IMG/VR virus record: IMGVR_UViG_3300007072_000001
Location: 1-64,000 of that record
DNA from: a virus
Lineage: Duplodnaviria; Caudoviricetes
Direction: 5' to 3' (one strand)
Length of the DNA stretch: 64,000 nucleotides
Position numbers and translations under genes: made by a program. The notes below the pieces were generated by a model that worked only from the letters and a program-made list of their open reading frames with translations, did no database searches and was not told the DNA's origin. Positions within the stretch are counted from its first letter, which is position 1. Each line of letters begins with the position of its first letter. Shown here piece after piece: positions 48,558 through 58,307 of this stretch.

Positions 48558-49496
48558 CTACACCCTCTCCATATATTCTTTTATCTTTTGTTCAAGATGC
48601 TCCTTACCTATCATCTTTAAATACTTTGAAACCATAGTAGTAAAATTAACATTAACTTCGAGCTTTTCTTTCTTAATTTCAACACCTTCTTCAACAAATT
48701 CAAGAGAAAGATATTCTTTGTCTTGAAGCTTTGCTCTCCAAACAGCTTTCTCCTTTTTGTCTTTCACTTTAATAATGATACGTGACATTGCATTTATTTT
48801 TGCAAAATCATCTTCACTGTTAAGTTTAACAACATTAAATGTATATTCAATTGGAATTTTTTTAAATTCTTTAGCCTTCGAATCTACTAAACCTATTCCA
48901 AAATCATATTGCAATTGCCCTAAATCCACTGGAGCAATACTGCCTACGTATATAACATTTTTTTGCTTTTGACTTTTGTGAATATCTCCTAAGATAAACT
49001 TATGTTCTGGCATATCAACGTGAATCGCAGAATCCAACACTTTTGAATCTGTTTCATAACCGTTAATATTAAAATGACCAAATACCAATCCAGGTTTGGC
49101 CGCCTTGATGTCTTTTTCCAATTGCTTAGTATCTCTATTGTGGGATATGAAAGTCATCCCTTCCCACTCCAGTACACTCTCCACAACTGTCAGATTCTTA
49201 CATAAAGGGGCAATTGGCTGTAATATATGACCAGCCAAATTTCTATCGTGTTGCCCCAAAAGAGCTATAACTGGCTTATCTCCAAAAGATGCTATGAATT
49301 CACTCAAAACTTGTCGATATGAATTATCCATTGATGGAGTCATACCATAATCCCCAAGTAAGACAACAAAGTCAGTTTCTTTCTGAATCTCTAAATTATC
49401 TGTAATGCTATTCTTGATTATATTAAAAAAGTCGACAACACGTTTTGTACCAACTTTTCCATCTAAGTGCATGTCTCCAACTACAAGACCTTTCAT
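48558..49496 (-). CDS. SbcD/Mre11-like metallophosphoesterase nuclease
   Basis: GDMH, LGD, GQHD, FGH, GDIH, YVGS. Confidence 0.9.
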   Translation of the reverse strand: MKGLVVGDMHLDGKVGTKRVVDFFNIIKNSITDNLEIQKETDFVVLLGDYGMTPSMDNSYRQVLSEFIASFGDKPVIALLGQHDRNLAGHILQPIAPLCKNLTVVESVLEWEGMTFISHNRDTKQLEKDIKAAKPGLVFGHFNINGYETDSKVLDSAIHVDMPEHKFILGDIHKSQKQKNVIYVGSIAPVDLGQLQYDFGIGLVDSKAKEFKKIPIEYTFNVVKLNSEDDFAKINAMSRIIIKVKDKKEKAVWRAKLQDKEYLSLEFVEEGVEIKKEKLEVNVNFTTMVSKYLKMIGKEHLEQKIKEYMERV

Positions 49497-49766
49497 TTAT
49501 TCCTCTTTTTTTCTCTTAACTGTTCCATCTTCCGCATAAACCTCTTTAGCAAGTTTTTTTATTTCTCTTCTTGATGTCGCTATGGAATTACCAAACTGTA
49601 TTTCCACATCCATAGCTATCGTGTCAAGTTCTTTGATATTCTCTTTTATCACACTTGCTGGGCCAGTTATTTTTCTACGAATCTTCAATGCATTACGGAA
49701 TCCACCAAGATTGTATTCACGTTCAACTTCAACTTCAATATTTACATTTTCAAGTTTTTCTACCAT
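49497..49766 (-). CDS. Hypothetical protein
   Basis: YNLGGF pattern seen in small phage replication-region proteins. Confidence 0.55.
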   Translation of the reverse strand: MVEKLENVNIEVEVEREYNLGGFRNALKIRRKITGPASVIKENIKELDTIAMDVEIQFGNSIATSRREIKKLAKEVYAEDGTVKRKKEE

Positions 49767-49785
49767 GTGTTGTCTCCATAAGAAT

Positions 49786-49811
49786 TAGGGGAGAGGTTAT
49801 CCTCTCCCCTA
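49786..49811 (-). terminator. 11-bp stem hairpin after SSB-like gene
   Basis: taggggagagg-ttat-cctctccccta. Confidence 0.7.
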
Positions 49812-49818
49812 CTCTCAA

Positions 49819-50433
49819 TTACTTAAATTCTTCATCGTCGTCATCATCGTCTTCATCTTTCTTTTTCTTATCATTGTCTTCATCTTCGTCTTCATCTTCG
49901 TCTTCATCTTCGTCTTCTTCGTCATCGTCTTTCTTTTTCTTCTTCACATCATCTTCATCTTCGTCTTCGTCATCTTCTTCGTCTTCATCTTTAGACTTTT
50001 TCTTTCTGTCAACATCATCATCTTTGAATTTTTTCTTTTTATTACCATCGTCTTCTTCATCTTCGTCTTCATCTTTCTTTTTCTTCTTGTAAAGTGCTGT
50101 GACTTTTGCAAATGTCCCTTCATCATTTGAATTGTGTTCAACAGCTATTTTACAAGACTTGCCAACAAGATCTTCCGGGTCAAATTCTTCATCAACCTCA
50201 AGTTCACGTCCAAGTAAAATACTTACCCATTTGTAAGCCTTGTTGCCTACTTCTACTTCTGCTGGCATGTTCCCGTTGACTGTTTTACCTTCAAATTCCT
50301 CATCAGTTATCTTAAACGACACTTGGTAATAGTCACCGAACTTGCCATCCTTCTTCTCTATGCTCTTTACTTTTGCTGCATAGATTCCTTCATCTACAAT
50401 TACCCTCTTCCTGACTGTTAATTTCTTACCCAC
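49819..50433 (-). CDS. OB-fold single-stranded DNA-binding protein (DUF669-like) with long Lys/Asp/Glu tail
   Basis: DEGIYAAKV..FKITD..DLVGKSC.I.V; acidic tail ending EEFK. Confidence 0.75.
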   Translation of the reverse strand: MGKKLTVRKRVIVDEGIYAAKVKSIEKKDGKFGDYYQVSFKITDEEFEGKTVNGNMPAEVEVGNKAYKWVSILLGRELEVDEEFDPEDLVGKSCKIAVEHNSNDEGTFAKVTALYKKKKKDEDEDEEDDGNKKKKFKDDDVDRKKKSKDEDEEDDEDEDEDDVKKKKKDDDEEDEDEDEDEDEDEDNDKKKKDEDDDDDDEEFK

Positions 50434-50463
50434 GACTCTTACCTCCTTTCTTAATTTTTTTTA

Positions 50464-51015
50464 TTACCATATTTCGTCGAACTTAATTTTTATTTTATCA
50501 TCCAATATCATTTCTTTTTTATTTTTAGTTATGTGCATTTTATACGAGAAGAAATTCAACAACTTCCTATGCTCGTAATATTTTCTTCCTTTATACTCCC
50601 TTATTTGCGAAACAAGAATCATATTTATTTTCTTCTCTGTAATAATGTCAAAAAGCTCAGATAATTTCTTCTTATTCTCAATATAATTCATTGCAGTCAA
50701 ACTATCAATAACAACAATATCAAACTTCAACTGTTCAAGCATACTCACAAGCCAATCAATATTAAAACAATCCAATATATATATATCTTTAGCCAACGTA
50801 ATAAGTTTCTTGCGATATTTTGGAGATAAATGCTCTGAGTTCACATACACCACAGATTTTTCTGGATTTTGTTTAATAATATAAAAACACATTGTAGTCT
50901 TACCAACATATGAGTCTCCAAAAATATTTAAACTTTCACCTTTTTTCAAAAAAATGTTATTCGTAATTTTAATTCCTTTATAAACCATCTTATCAAAAAA
51001 ATCTAAGAATGACAT
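50464..51015 (-). CDS. RecA/RadB-like P-loop ATPase
   Basis: GDSYVGKT, VNSE, VVIDSL, LVSQ. Confidence 0.75.
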   Translation of the reverse strand: MSFLDFFDKMVYKGIKITNNIFLKKGESLNIFGDSYVGKTTMCFYIIKQNPEKSVVYVNSEHLSPKYRKKLITLAKDIYILDCFNIDWLVSMLEQLKFDIVVIDSLTAMNYIENKKKLSELFDIITEKKINMILVSQIREYKGRKYYEHRKLLNFFSYKMHITKNKKEMILDDKIKIKFDEIW

Positions 51016-51021
51016 ATGCCC

Positions 51022-51240
51022 TCAATTCAGGGAAACCAAATCCCTAATTTTTCTAGTTGTCTCTTTATTGTCCAAACGATATTTTGCTATAACCATTTCA
51101 GCAAATATCACCATAAAAAATTCTATAAGCCCATTGAGATTAATCTTGTTCTTTAATTCCAACTTCATACTTTTGGTCTCAAAAAGTAATATATCATTTT
51201 CAACTTTCACCTTTGGTTTTTCCTGCACTATTTTTCCCAC
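51022..51240 (-). CDS. Hypothetical protein
   Basis: ORF track. Confidence 0.5.
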   Translation of the reverse strand: MGKIVQEKPKVKVENDILLFETKSMKLELKNKINLNGLIEFFMVIFAEMVIAKYRLDNKETTRKIRDLVSLN

Positions 51241-51859
51241 CTTTCTTTTTATTCTTAGCCGCTGATATACTATCTAAATACTCCTCGACTTTTCTATTTT
51301 CTGTTTTTCCCCAAGCATTTTCAAAAAAATCATAGTCATACAATATCTTTATAACGTTACTTGGAATCTTACGAAAACCACCTTTAGGAGTTTCTGACTT
51401 TGCACGGTTCATAAAATCTTCAAAATTTTTATATGGTTTATTTTTAATAATTGTTTCTATAGTTCTCTCTCCCAACCCCTTGACAATTCTTGCCCCAGCA
51501 TTTATCTCACCATCTTTGTTGATAGTAAAATGAACACTCATTTCATTTATGTTAAATGCATTAATATGTATTCCATGTTTGTCACAATCATCAATAATGC
51601 GGTCTATCTTTTCTTGTTTTTCTTCCGAATTCAACACAGCCAAATTGAAATACTTGCGATAATAACATTTAAGATATGCCATTTGAAATGCAACATAAGC
51701 ATAGGCACAACTATGCGAATTATGTGATACAATATCGTTTGCTAAAAAATTTCTTGGTTCATCAATCATTTCTATATCAAAAGTTCTATCTTTGCCAATA
51801 TGTTTTATATTTTTTATTTTTGAATATTTTATTATTTCCTTACTACCAAATCCCATCAT
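51200..51859 (-). CDS. dnaE: DnaE C-terminal part preceded by 47-aa C-intein
   Basis: KIKNIKHIG..TFDIEM..NFLANDIVSHN then SHSCAYAYVAFQMAYLK and HhH GLGE. Confidence 0.9.
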   Translation of the reverse strand: MMGFGSKEIIKYSKIKNIKHIGKDRTFDIEMIDEPRNFLANDIVSHNSHSCAYAYVAFQMAYLKCYYRKYFNLAVLNSEEKQEKIDRIIDDCDKHGIHINAFNINEMSVHFTINKDGEINAGARIVKGLGERTIETIIKNKPYKNFEDFMNRAKSETPKGGFRKIPSNVIKILYDYDFFENAWGKTENRKVEEYLDSISAAKNKKKGGKNSAGKTKGES

Positions 51860-54800
51860 AACACCTCTTTTATTTTTTTAATAACTACATCAATGTTATT
51901 TTCAATATCACTTGCCCAAAATCTCAAAATAATCCATTTTTTATTTTTCAAATAAGTATTACAAGACTTATCTTGACCAATATTTCTTTTTTGAATAGCA
52001 TCTATTTTTTTTCTATTTCGTTTTTTCATCCATTCTGGATTCACGTGGTAATAATCACCGTCAACTTGAATTGCTATTTTTCTTTTTATATTTGCTATGT
52101 CTATAGAATGAAAACCAACAAGAACCTCGCTTTCAAATCCATCATAAATACTATTTTTTTTCATAGCATCAATTAACATTATATGTGGTTTTGTAAATTT
52201 TTTCGGAAACTTACCTTCCACGTGCATTTTTGCTGTAGTTGCCCTCATACGATTTATTACTTCTTCACTTCTTTTCCCCGGGTTTCCTTTTCTTTCTCTT
52301 TTTTTTGCAGATTCTTTCATTTTATCTATAGCATCCAAACTAAATACCCTGCCTTTTGCTTTTTCTGATACAGCTTTTAAAGGTAAATAATTATTTTTAT
52401 TTTTTCCTTTATTGTGCGGTTGATTACCAAATTTCTTAAAAAAATTTCTATTCCTAATTCTTCTCTCAGACAATTTCTTTAATCTGATATCATTATCTTT
52501 TGTTAATCCTTTATTCCATGTATCGCTTATACCTCTATACGCAATTTGCAAAGTTTTATCTTTATTTATTTCTTCAACAGTTTTCCAACCTTTATTCGTT
52601 AAAAATTTATGATTTTTTGTAGCTTTTATTTTTTTGCCACAACATAATTCAATTTCATAAACATCTTGTATCCCATTGTCTATAATACTTTTCACTGTAT
52701 TAAAAATAAATTTATTATTATTAACATCATATGAATAAAGCATTGGTACATTTTTGTTTCTTTTATATCTTAAAGTTCCATTAGTAGTTATTTTTGTATT
52801 ATTATACAAATCCAAAATAGTAGTTTCTTTCTTGCGCATACCACCAAATTTTTTATATATTTTTGTATCTCCGGTTAAACATTTGTTAAAGGCATAACCA
52901 GCTGCTTGAGCCAACTCTTCATATGCTTCGTCAACATCTTTTTTGCCATATTTTTTATACAACTTTTCTTTGTATGGCTCCATTACCATCATAAAACCTT
53001 TATCAGGCTTTTCAATATCTCTTCTAATATTGTCAGCCTCACCTATAGATATATCAAGCCAATCCGCAAGAATATTGTTAATTTGTTCTTGATATAAAAG
53101 TAATCCATATGTAGACTCTAAATGAGGTTTAAGTAATTTCGCAGTAGTGTAAGCGCCACCCCATGACCTTTTAATATACTCCAAATGATAGCCAACTGAC
53201 AATGGAGTTGGTCGATTAAGAGCATTAAGCTCAATCAAATTTTTGAATTTGGTTATATTTACCTCTTTAAGAAGTTCTCTAAAGTTGTGCGTTTCGAACT
53301 GAAACACATTCGCAGTATCCCCATCACGAAATATTTGAAGCACCTTATCATCTTTAAGGTCTAAATTTAATAAATCAACATCTTTCTTTTCATATTTTTT
53401 AATATATTTTTTTGTCAATTGAATAATATCAAGAGCATCAATTCCACATATGTCAATCTTAAGAAAACCTTTCCCAGTCAAAGTCTTTCCATCAATTGCT
53501 GCTATAACATTTCCTTTCGATGATATAACCGGCAAATAATAATAAATTGGTTTATCAGTCATTATTATACCAGTTGCATGAATACCAAAATGTCTAATAT
53601 TTCCTTCAAGCCTCTTTGCCTTATCATAATATGGTCTGAATTCTTTTGGAATTCTACCTTCTGCTTCGTACACTTCAAGATTATCATTGAAAGAATTCGC
53701 CTCAGCAAAAGGAATGTTATAAACCTTAGCAACGTCCTTGAATGCTGATTTTGTTGTGAGGTTTACATAATTTGGAATGTGTGAAGTGTTTTCTTCCCCG
53801 TATGACTTTATGTAAGCCAAAACTTCTTGACGTTTTGAAGTCTGAAAGTCTATATCGATATCAGGTTGTTTTTTTCTTGTTGGATTCAAGAAACGTTCAA
53901 AACTAAGCCCAAAACGAATTGGGTCCATCTCAGTTATGCCAAGTAGATATGATATAAGACAACCACCAGCACTTCCACGACTTACACCAACCTCAATACC
54001 ATTATTTTTTGCCCAGTTAACTATATCCTGAACAATCCAAAAATATTCAAGGAACCCAAGTTGCTTTATGACTTTATATTCATAATTCAGACGAGCAACA
54101 TATTTATCTCTCTTTTTCTGCGGAATTCTTGTATCCAATGCCTTCTTCAACATTGTCTTAATTTTTGTCTCATCAAAATTTGTTTTTGGAAATACTTCTC
54201 CTTTTGGATATATATTAAATTCTTCTATTTTGTCCGCAATCTCACAAGTATTCTCCAGGAATTTGTCTACCATATCTTCATTAAATACTTTGGTCATAAT
54301 TGATTTAACTTCGTCATAAGATTTAAGATAAACATCTCTATCATCAAATACCCAACCTTTGCCTTTTTTAATATCTTCCATTGTAAAATTATTGTCAACG
54401 TTATGTATTATATCTTGAAGCTCAGCATCTTCCCTTGAAAGATAATGAGTGTCAATTGTTATTATACTTTTAATCTTTAAGCTTTTGGCTATCTCCTGCA
54501 TTTTACTCCAAACTGGTCCATAAACTTTTGTTCGCTCTAGAGCAATATATTCAAAATAAAAGTCATCACCAAACATTTTCTTGAGACGTTCTGCATTCTT
54601 AATGGCTATATCCATTTGACCACTAGTGTCTCTATCACTTTCATTTCCTTTGTTAAGAGCATTATCTACATATCGGGCTATAATTCCACTAATACAAGCA
54701 CTTGATACTATAACATCGCCCTTGAGATATTCAAGAACAGTCCAATCAATTCTTGGTTTATAATAAAAACCAACTTTGACAGCATCATATTGAGCTTTAA

Positions 54801-55104
54801 GAAGCTTCCTATACCCAGCTTCATTCTTCGCAAGCAGAATTATATGTTTGTTCTTTTCTGCATCTTTACTTTTGATTGTCATGTCATTGACAAAATATGC
54901 TTCAACACCCAAGATTGGTTTAATCCCGACTCGTTTTGCAGCATCATAGAACTCAAACGCACCACTCATGTTGCCATGATTTGTTTGAGCATATGCTTTC
55001 ATTCCAAGTAATTTTGCTTTCTCTAAATACTTAATTGGTCGATACATTCCATCAAGAACTGAGAATGTATCGTGATTGTGAAGGCTGACGTAATTCGACA
55101 TCAA
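51856..55104 (-). CDS. dnaE: DNA polymerase III alpha N-terminal part + N-intein with Vsr-like endonuclease
   Basis: PHP domain LHNHDTFSVLDG, RGSAGG, PDIDID, HATG; GYAFNK then CLTGDT (intein start 52881), ATKNH, QVDGDYYH..LRFW. Confidence 0.95.
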   Translation of the reverse strand: MMSNYVSLHNHDTFSVLDGMYRPIKYLEKAKLLGMKAYAQTNHGNMSGAFEFYDAAKRVGIKPILGVEAYFVNDMTIKSKDAEKNKHIILLAKNEAGYRKLLKAQYDAVKVGFYYKPRIDWTVLEYLKGDVIVSSACISGIIARYVDNALNKGNESDRDTSGQMDIAIKNAERLKKMFGDDFYFEYIALERTKVYGPVWSKMQEIAKSLKIKSIITIDTHYLSREDAELQDIIHNVDNNFTMEDIKKGKGWVFDDRDVYLKSYDEVKSIMTKVFNEDMVDKFLENTCEIADKIEEFNIYPKGEVFPKTNFDETKIKTMLKKALDTRIPQKKRDKYVARLNYEYKVIKQLGFLEYFWIVQDIVNWAKNNGIEVGVSRGSAGGCLISYLLGITEMDPIRFGLSFERFLNPTRKKQPDIDIDFQTSKRQEVLAYIKSYGEENTSHIPNYVNLTTKSAFKDVAKVYNIPFAEANSFNDNLEVYEAEGRIPKEFRPYYDKAKRLEGNIRHFGIHATGIIMTDKPIYYYLPVISSKGNVIAAIDGKTLTGKGFLKIDICGIDALDIIQLTKKYIKKYEKKDVDLLNLDLKDDKVLQIFRDGDTANVFQFETHNFRELLKEVNITKFKNLIELNALNRPTPLSVGYHLEYIKRSWGGAYTTAKLLKPHLESTYGLLLYQEQINNILADWLDISIGEADNIRRDIEKPDKGFMMVMEPYKEKLYKKYGKKDVDEAYEELAQAAGYAFNKCLTGDTKIYKKFGGMRKKETTILDLYNNTKITTNGTLRYKRNKNVPMLYSYDVNNNKFIFNTVKSIIDNGIQDVYEIELCCGKKIKATKNHKFLTNKGWKTVEEINKDKTLQIAYRGISDTWNKGLTKDNDIRLKKLSERRIRNRNFFKKFGNQPHNKGKNKNNYLPLKAVSEKAKGRVFSLDAIDKMKESAKKRERKGNPGKRSEEVINRMRATTAKMHVEGKFPKKFTKPHIMLIDAMKKNSIYDGFESEVLVGFHSIDIANIKRKIAIQVDGDYYHVNPEWMKKRNRKKIDAIQKRNIGQDKSCNTYLKNKKWIILRFWASDIENNIDVVIKKIKEVL

Positions 55105-55739
55105 TAACCCCTCTTTTGCCTGTCATAATTCTCCCTATTCTTGGCAATATAATATGAGTAGAATTCCTCTTTTGTTATTTTTACAAACTTGCACAACGAT
55201 ATAAATGAACACAGCATGCTCTCCATAAGCTTCTCCACACGTTTTGCATTAAAATCATAATTCTCATAAGTCTTCCAATATTTATAAGGTAATTCATCAA
55301 GAACATGACCCCATTCTGTTACTATACAATTAAGTGTTAATCTATAATCTGATGGTTCGCCAACAGATGTCCAATAAAAATCAAGATCCTCATCAAATTT
55401 CCTTATACCAAGGTACAAAAACATATTCATAAAGAAATGCCAAGCATCTATCGCTTCAAATTTCAACTCAATACAATCTTCTTCTGATTTTATTCCATTA
55501 TTAATTCTTTCCTGTAGTTCCCATATCTCGGCTACATAACAATTGAAATGATAGAGAGCCTCTTTGATACGGTCTTTATTGGTGTGGTCTGGAGTAATTG
55601 AACCTCTTTTTTTTGCATAAAACTTCTGGAGCTCGTATTGCATATTCATCATTATGTTCAATGCATCTTTATCGTACTGCACCCTTGCAGCCTCAACAAC
55701 TAATTGAACACATTTATTCTCTGGATTCAATCCACTCAT
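55101..55739 (-). CDS. Dimeric all-alpha dUTPase
   Basis: EIWEL, EAIDAWHF, PYKYWK, KNRENYDRQKRGY. Confidence 0.85.
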   Translation of the reverse strand: MSGLNPENKCVQLVVEAARVQYDKDALNIMMNMQYELQKFYAKKRGSITPDHTNKDRIKEALYHFNCYVAEIWELQERINNGIKSEEDCIELKFEAIDAWHFFMNMFLYLGIRKFDEDLDFYWTSVGEPSDYRLTLNCIVTEWGHVLDELPYKYWKTYENYDFNAKRVEKLMESMLCSFISLCKFVKITKEEFYSYYIAKNRENYDRQKRGY

Positions 55740-56133
55740 AATACTTCCTCCTTGAATGTTTTGTTGTAATGCTTTTGTATTTCACCGAGTTTCTCTTGTG
55801 CGAAAATACTTGATTTACATCTCTTTATGACTTTGTATGCTTCCGACAAATCTCTGTCTTCTGTTGATTTATTGTTGTATTTGTCTGCTGTTGCTTACCA
55901 TGTAATATATTAAACAAAAGTTTATTAACAAATTTCTTTATGTTATCAAATATTCTTACAAACCAAAAAGTAAAATCAAACATATCGACAATTTTAAATT
56001 TTTGCTTATCACAAAGTACAACTTTATGTTTTTGTGTAGTAAGACTTGGTTCAATATCAACCTCAAAATATATATCACTAACTGGAGGTTTATTTGTTTT
56101 GATTTTATATTTTTGCATTTTCATACTACCCAT
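55736..56133 (-). CDS. Hypothetical protein with apparent 1-nt frameshift near 55895
   Basis: -1 frame continues ATADKYNN..EEVL* and ends in an ATGA overlap with the dUTPase start. Confidence 0.55.
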
Positions 56134-56194
56134 ATATACTTTCTAATTAATTATTACTATTTTTAAACAAACACAAATTAATTAAGTTGTTGTT

Positions 56195-56755
56195 TCATTT
56201 TTGTTTAGATTTAACATCCACTAAAACTCCAAGCTCATTTTGTAATTGCATCAACGATATTTTACGACTACATTTATTGTCTATTTCTTCCAATGCAAGC
56301 ATAAATGTATCTATCTCTTTTATATAACCCTTTATACGAATCTCTTTCTTCTCCGATTCTATTTTGTAAGCTTCAATACCATCATCTCTAAGCTTTTTTC
56401 TGGCATTCGCTTCCATATTCGCCTTTAATGTTTTCTCCCCGTCAACTTTTGTTTTTGCAGCGTCATTGAGATATGTATCATATTTCTCCCCATATGCAAG
56501 CTTTACATCATAATCATAGAGTTTACATATAGTTTCTTGTCTCAAAGCTTTCTTCTTCAGAATCGCAAGTTTAGTTTGAATAACTTGAATCTCATCCATT
56601 ATTTCATGCAATTTGTTAAGTGATGTTTCCTCTGGATTAAATGGTTTGCTTTTAATACTATCTTGCAATTCGTCTATTTCTTTGCGAATCTCCGAAATAA
56701 AATCGTTTTTCTTAAACTCAGCTCTAATTTCTTGTAATGTTTTCTTTTTGCTCAT
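56195..56755 (-). CDS. Coiled-coil protein (possible UvsY-like mediator); true start MSKKK
   Basis: The ORF-track N-terminus overlaps tRNA-Gln; AGGAG RBS before 56755. Confidence 0.55.
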   Translation of the reverse strand: MSKKKTLQEIRAEFKKNDFISEIRKEIDELQDSIKSKPFNPEETSLNKLHEIMDEIQVIQTKLAILKKKALRQETICKLYDYDVKLAYGEKYDTYLNDAAKTKVDGEKTLKANMEANARKKLRDDGIEAYKIESEKKEIRIKGYIKEIDTFMLALEEIDNKCSRKISLMQLQNELGVLVDVKSKQK

Positions 56756-56767
56756 AGTGCTCCTAAT

Positions 56768-56844
56768 TGGTTGCCGAGGCTGGACTCGAGCCAGCACAAT
56801 GTCAAGTCCAAAGCCTGATGCCTTACCAGTTTGGCGACCCGGCA
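56768..56844 (-). tRNA. tRNA-Gln(TTG)
   Basis: TGCCGGG acceptor, tcagg-ctttgga-cttga anticodon arm, CCA; atypical T loop (CTCGAGT). Confidence 0.85.
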
Positions 56845-56851
56845 ATATGTG

Positions 56852-57229
56852 TTATAATTTGAGACGACATTGCTTAGGAAGCTCATATTGTATTACATTC
56901 TCTCTTTTAGTATAATCTTTTAATTTTGCCCCGTAAATCATATAATTAACTCTGCCTGTCATCAACATCATCAAAGCAGTAGATATTCCACCAATTACAG
57001 GGCTACCACTTAAAAGTAAAAAATCATCCTTTGTTATACCAGTCTCTCGGAATTGTCTTTCGATATCATATCTTAGCCTATCGGTTCCGAAGATATCTAC
57101 ATTACCTTCGGTAAGCTTTATCAGCTGGTACCCTTCTTTTTCAAGTTGCATAAGACTCTCGTTCATATGTGGTCCCCAGTTGGTAATGTATACTTTTAGC
57201 ATATAGATACTCCTTTCGTTACTGTTCAT
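56852..57229 (-). CDS. Hypothetical Rossmannoid protein
   Basis: DDFLLLSGSP motif. Confidence 0.55.
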   Translation of the reverse strand: MNSNERSIYMLKVYITNWGPHMNESLMQLEKEGYQLIKLTEGNVDIFGTDRLRYDIERQFRETGITKDDFLLLSGSPVIGGISTALMMLMTGRVNYMIYGAKLKDYTKRENVIQYELPKQCRLKL

Positions 57230-57373
57230 AATCTCTAAAAATACTTAAAAAAAACTATTTCTTCTTATCGTACTCTGCGTAAACATTTTTTGTATTTAAC
57301 ACAATCGCATCGAGATACTTCCCTTTATACTGTGGTGGAATAAATTCTAGCGCAAGATTAATACTATCTCCTG

Positions 57374-58144
57374 TCAACCTTGTTTGAATCTCAAATTTCT
57401 CTTCACTGTGTTTTTGTCATTTTTCCTTATTTTTGATGCTATTTCCTCAAATTGTTCGAGAGTAATGACATCGATGTAACTCAAAAATTCATTACCACTT
57501 CGTATACCATTAAAGTAGTTCTTTTTTGTGTATATTCTGCCATCGTTCATAAGAGCTATATCACCAATCCTTATATAGGTCTTTTTTATTTTGCCATATT
57601 TCTTTGCAACCGTCTGAAATTCTTTTAATTTGGACTTGTCAATTGGTTTACGTTTTTCTTTTCTATCTTGTTTAATTTGAAAATTAAGAATGCGACTGAT
57701 AACTGTCTCTGATATACCAAACATTTCCGACAACTGCTTTCCATTCCACCCTTCTTTGTGAAATGATATAATGTCAGCAATGCGTTTGTCATGCTTGACC
57801 ATTTCTTCAACGCGCTTTTCAATTTCGATTTCAACATCGACGTTCTGTAATTTCATATCCAGTTCGCTGATGAGGTCTTCAATCCTGATGTCATCTTCAG
57901 TATTGACAACATCATCAAAACTAAGAACGTTTGCATTTGGATTTTTAAGTTCATTGAGTTTGGCATACTTCACTCCACGGGATATGAACGACTGGTTGAT
58001 TGAATCGAGTTTACCTTTGGCATTCCTCTCGATAAAATAAAGAAATGCATCCTGCACTGCATCTTGAAGTCCATGTGACTCAATGTACCTCTTGTTCTTT
58101 GTGACATACTGCTCGTAAGCTTTCTCTAAGATTGCTGTTTCCAT
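57374..58144 (-). CDS. Sigma-70 (ECF-like) factor with C-terminal extension; probable frameshifted end at 57255
   Basis: Region 2 QDAVQDAFLYF, region 4 EGWNGKQLSEMFGISETVISRIL. Confidence 0.7.
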   Translation of the reverse strand: METAILEKAYEQYVTKNKRYIESHGLQDAVQDAFLYFIERNAKGKLDSINQSFISRGVKYAKLNELKNPNANVLSFDDVVNTEDDIRIEDLISELDMKLQNVDVEIEIEKRVEEMVKHDKRIADIISFHKEGWNGKQLSEMFGISETVISRILNFQIKQDRKEKRKPIDKSKLKEFQTVAKKYGKIKKTYIRIGDIALMNDGRIYTKKNYFNGIRSGNEFLSYIDVITLEQFEEIASKIRKNDKNTVKRNLRFKQG

Positions 58145-58263
58145 GTTTACTACCTCCTGAGTTATAGTTTAACTTCTTTTTTTTCAACAACCTACTTCCT
58201 GATTTCTGGTTTCATTCAGCATCGCTGAATGTGTTGCACTTACACCCTCCTTTCGTGTGTTAT

Positions 58264-58307
58264 AAAAAACCGAAAGCGACTGTACTCCTGAGAGTACAAT
58301 CGCCTTC
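58264..58307 (-). terminator. Intrinsic terminator/attenuator in leader of the sigma gene
   Basis: GAAGGCGATTGTACTC-TCAG-GAGTACAGTCGCTTTC then GGTTTTTT. Confidence 0.8.

Noticed and set aside
49819-50090. tcttca/tcgtct microsatellite-like tract
   Set aside because: Encodes the Asp/Glu/Lys tail of the SSB-like protein
56756-56845. N-terminal 30 aa of ORF 56195-56845
   Set aside because: Overlaps tRNA-Gln; the real start with RBS is at 56755
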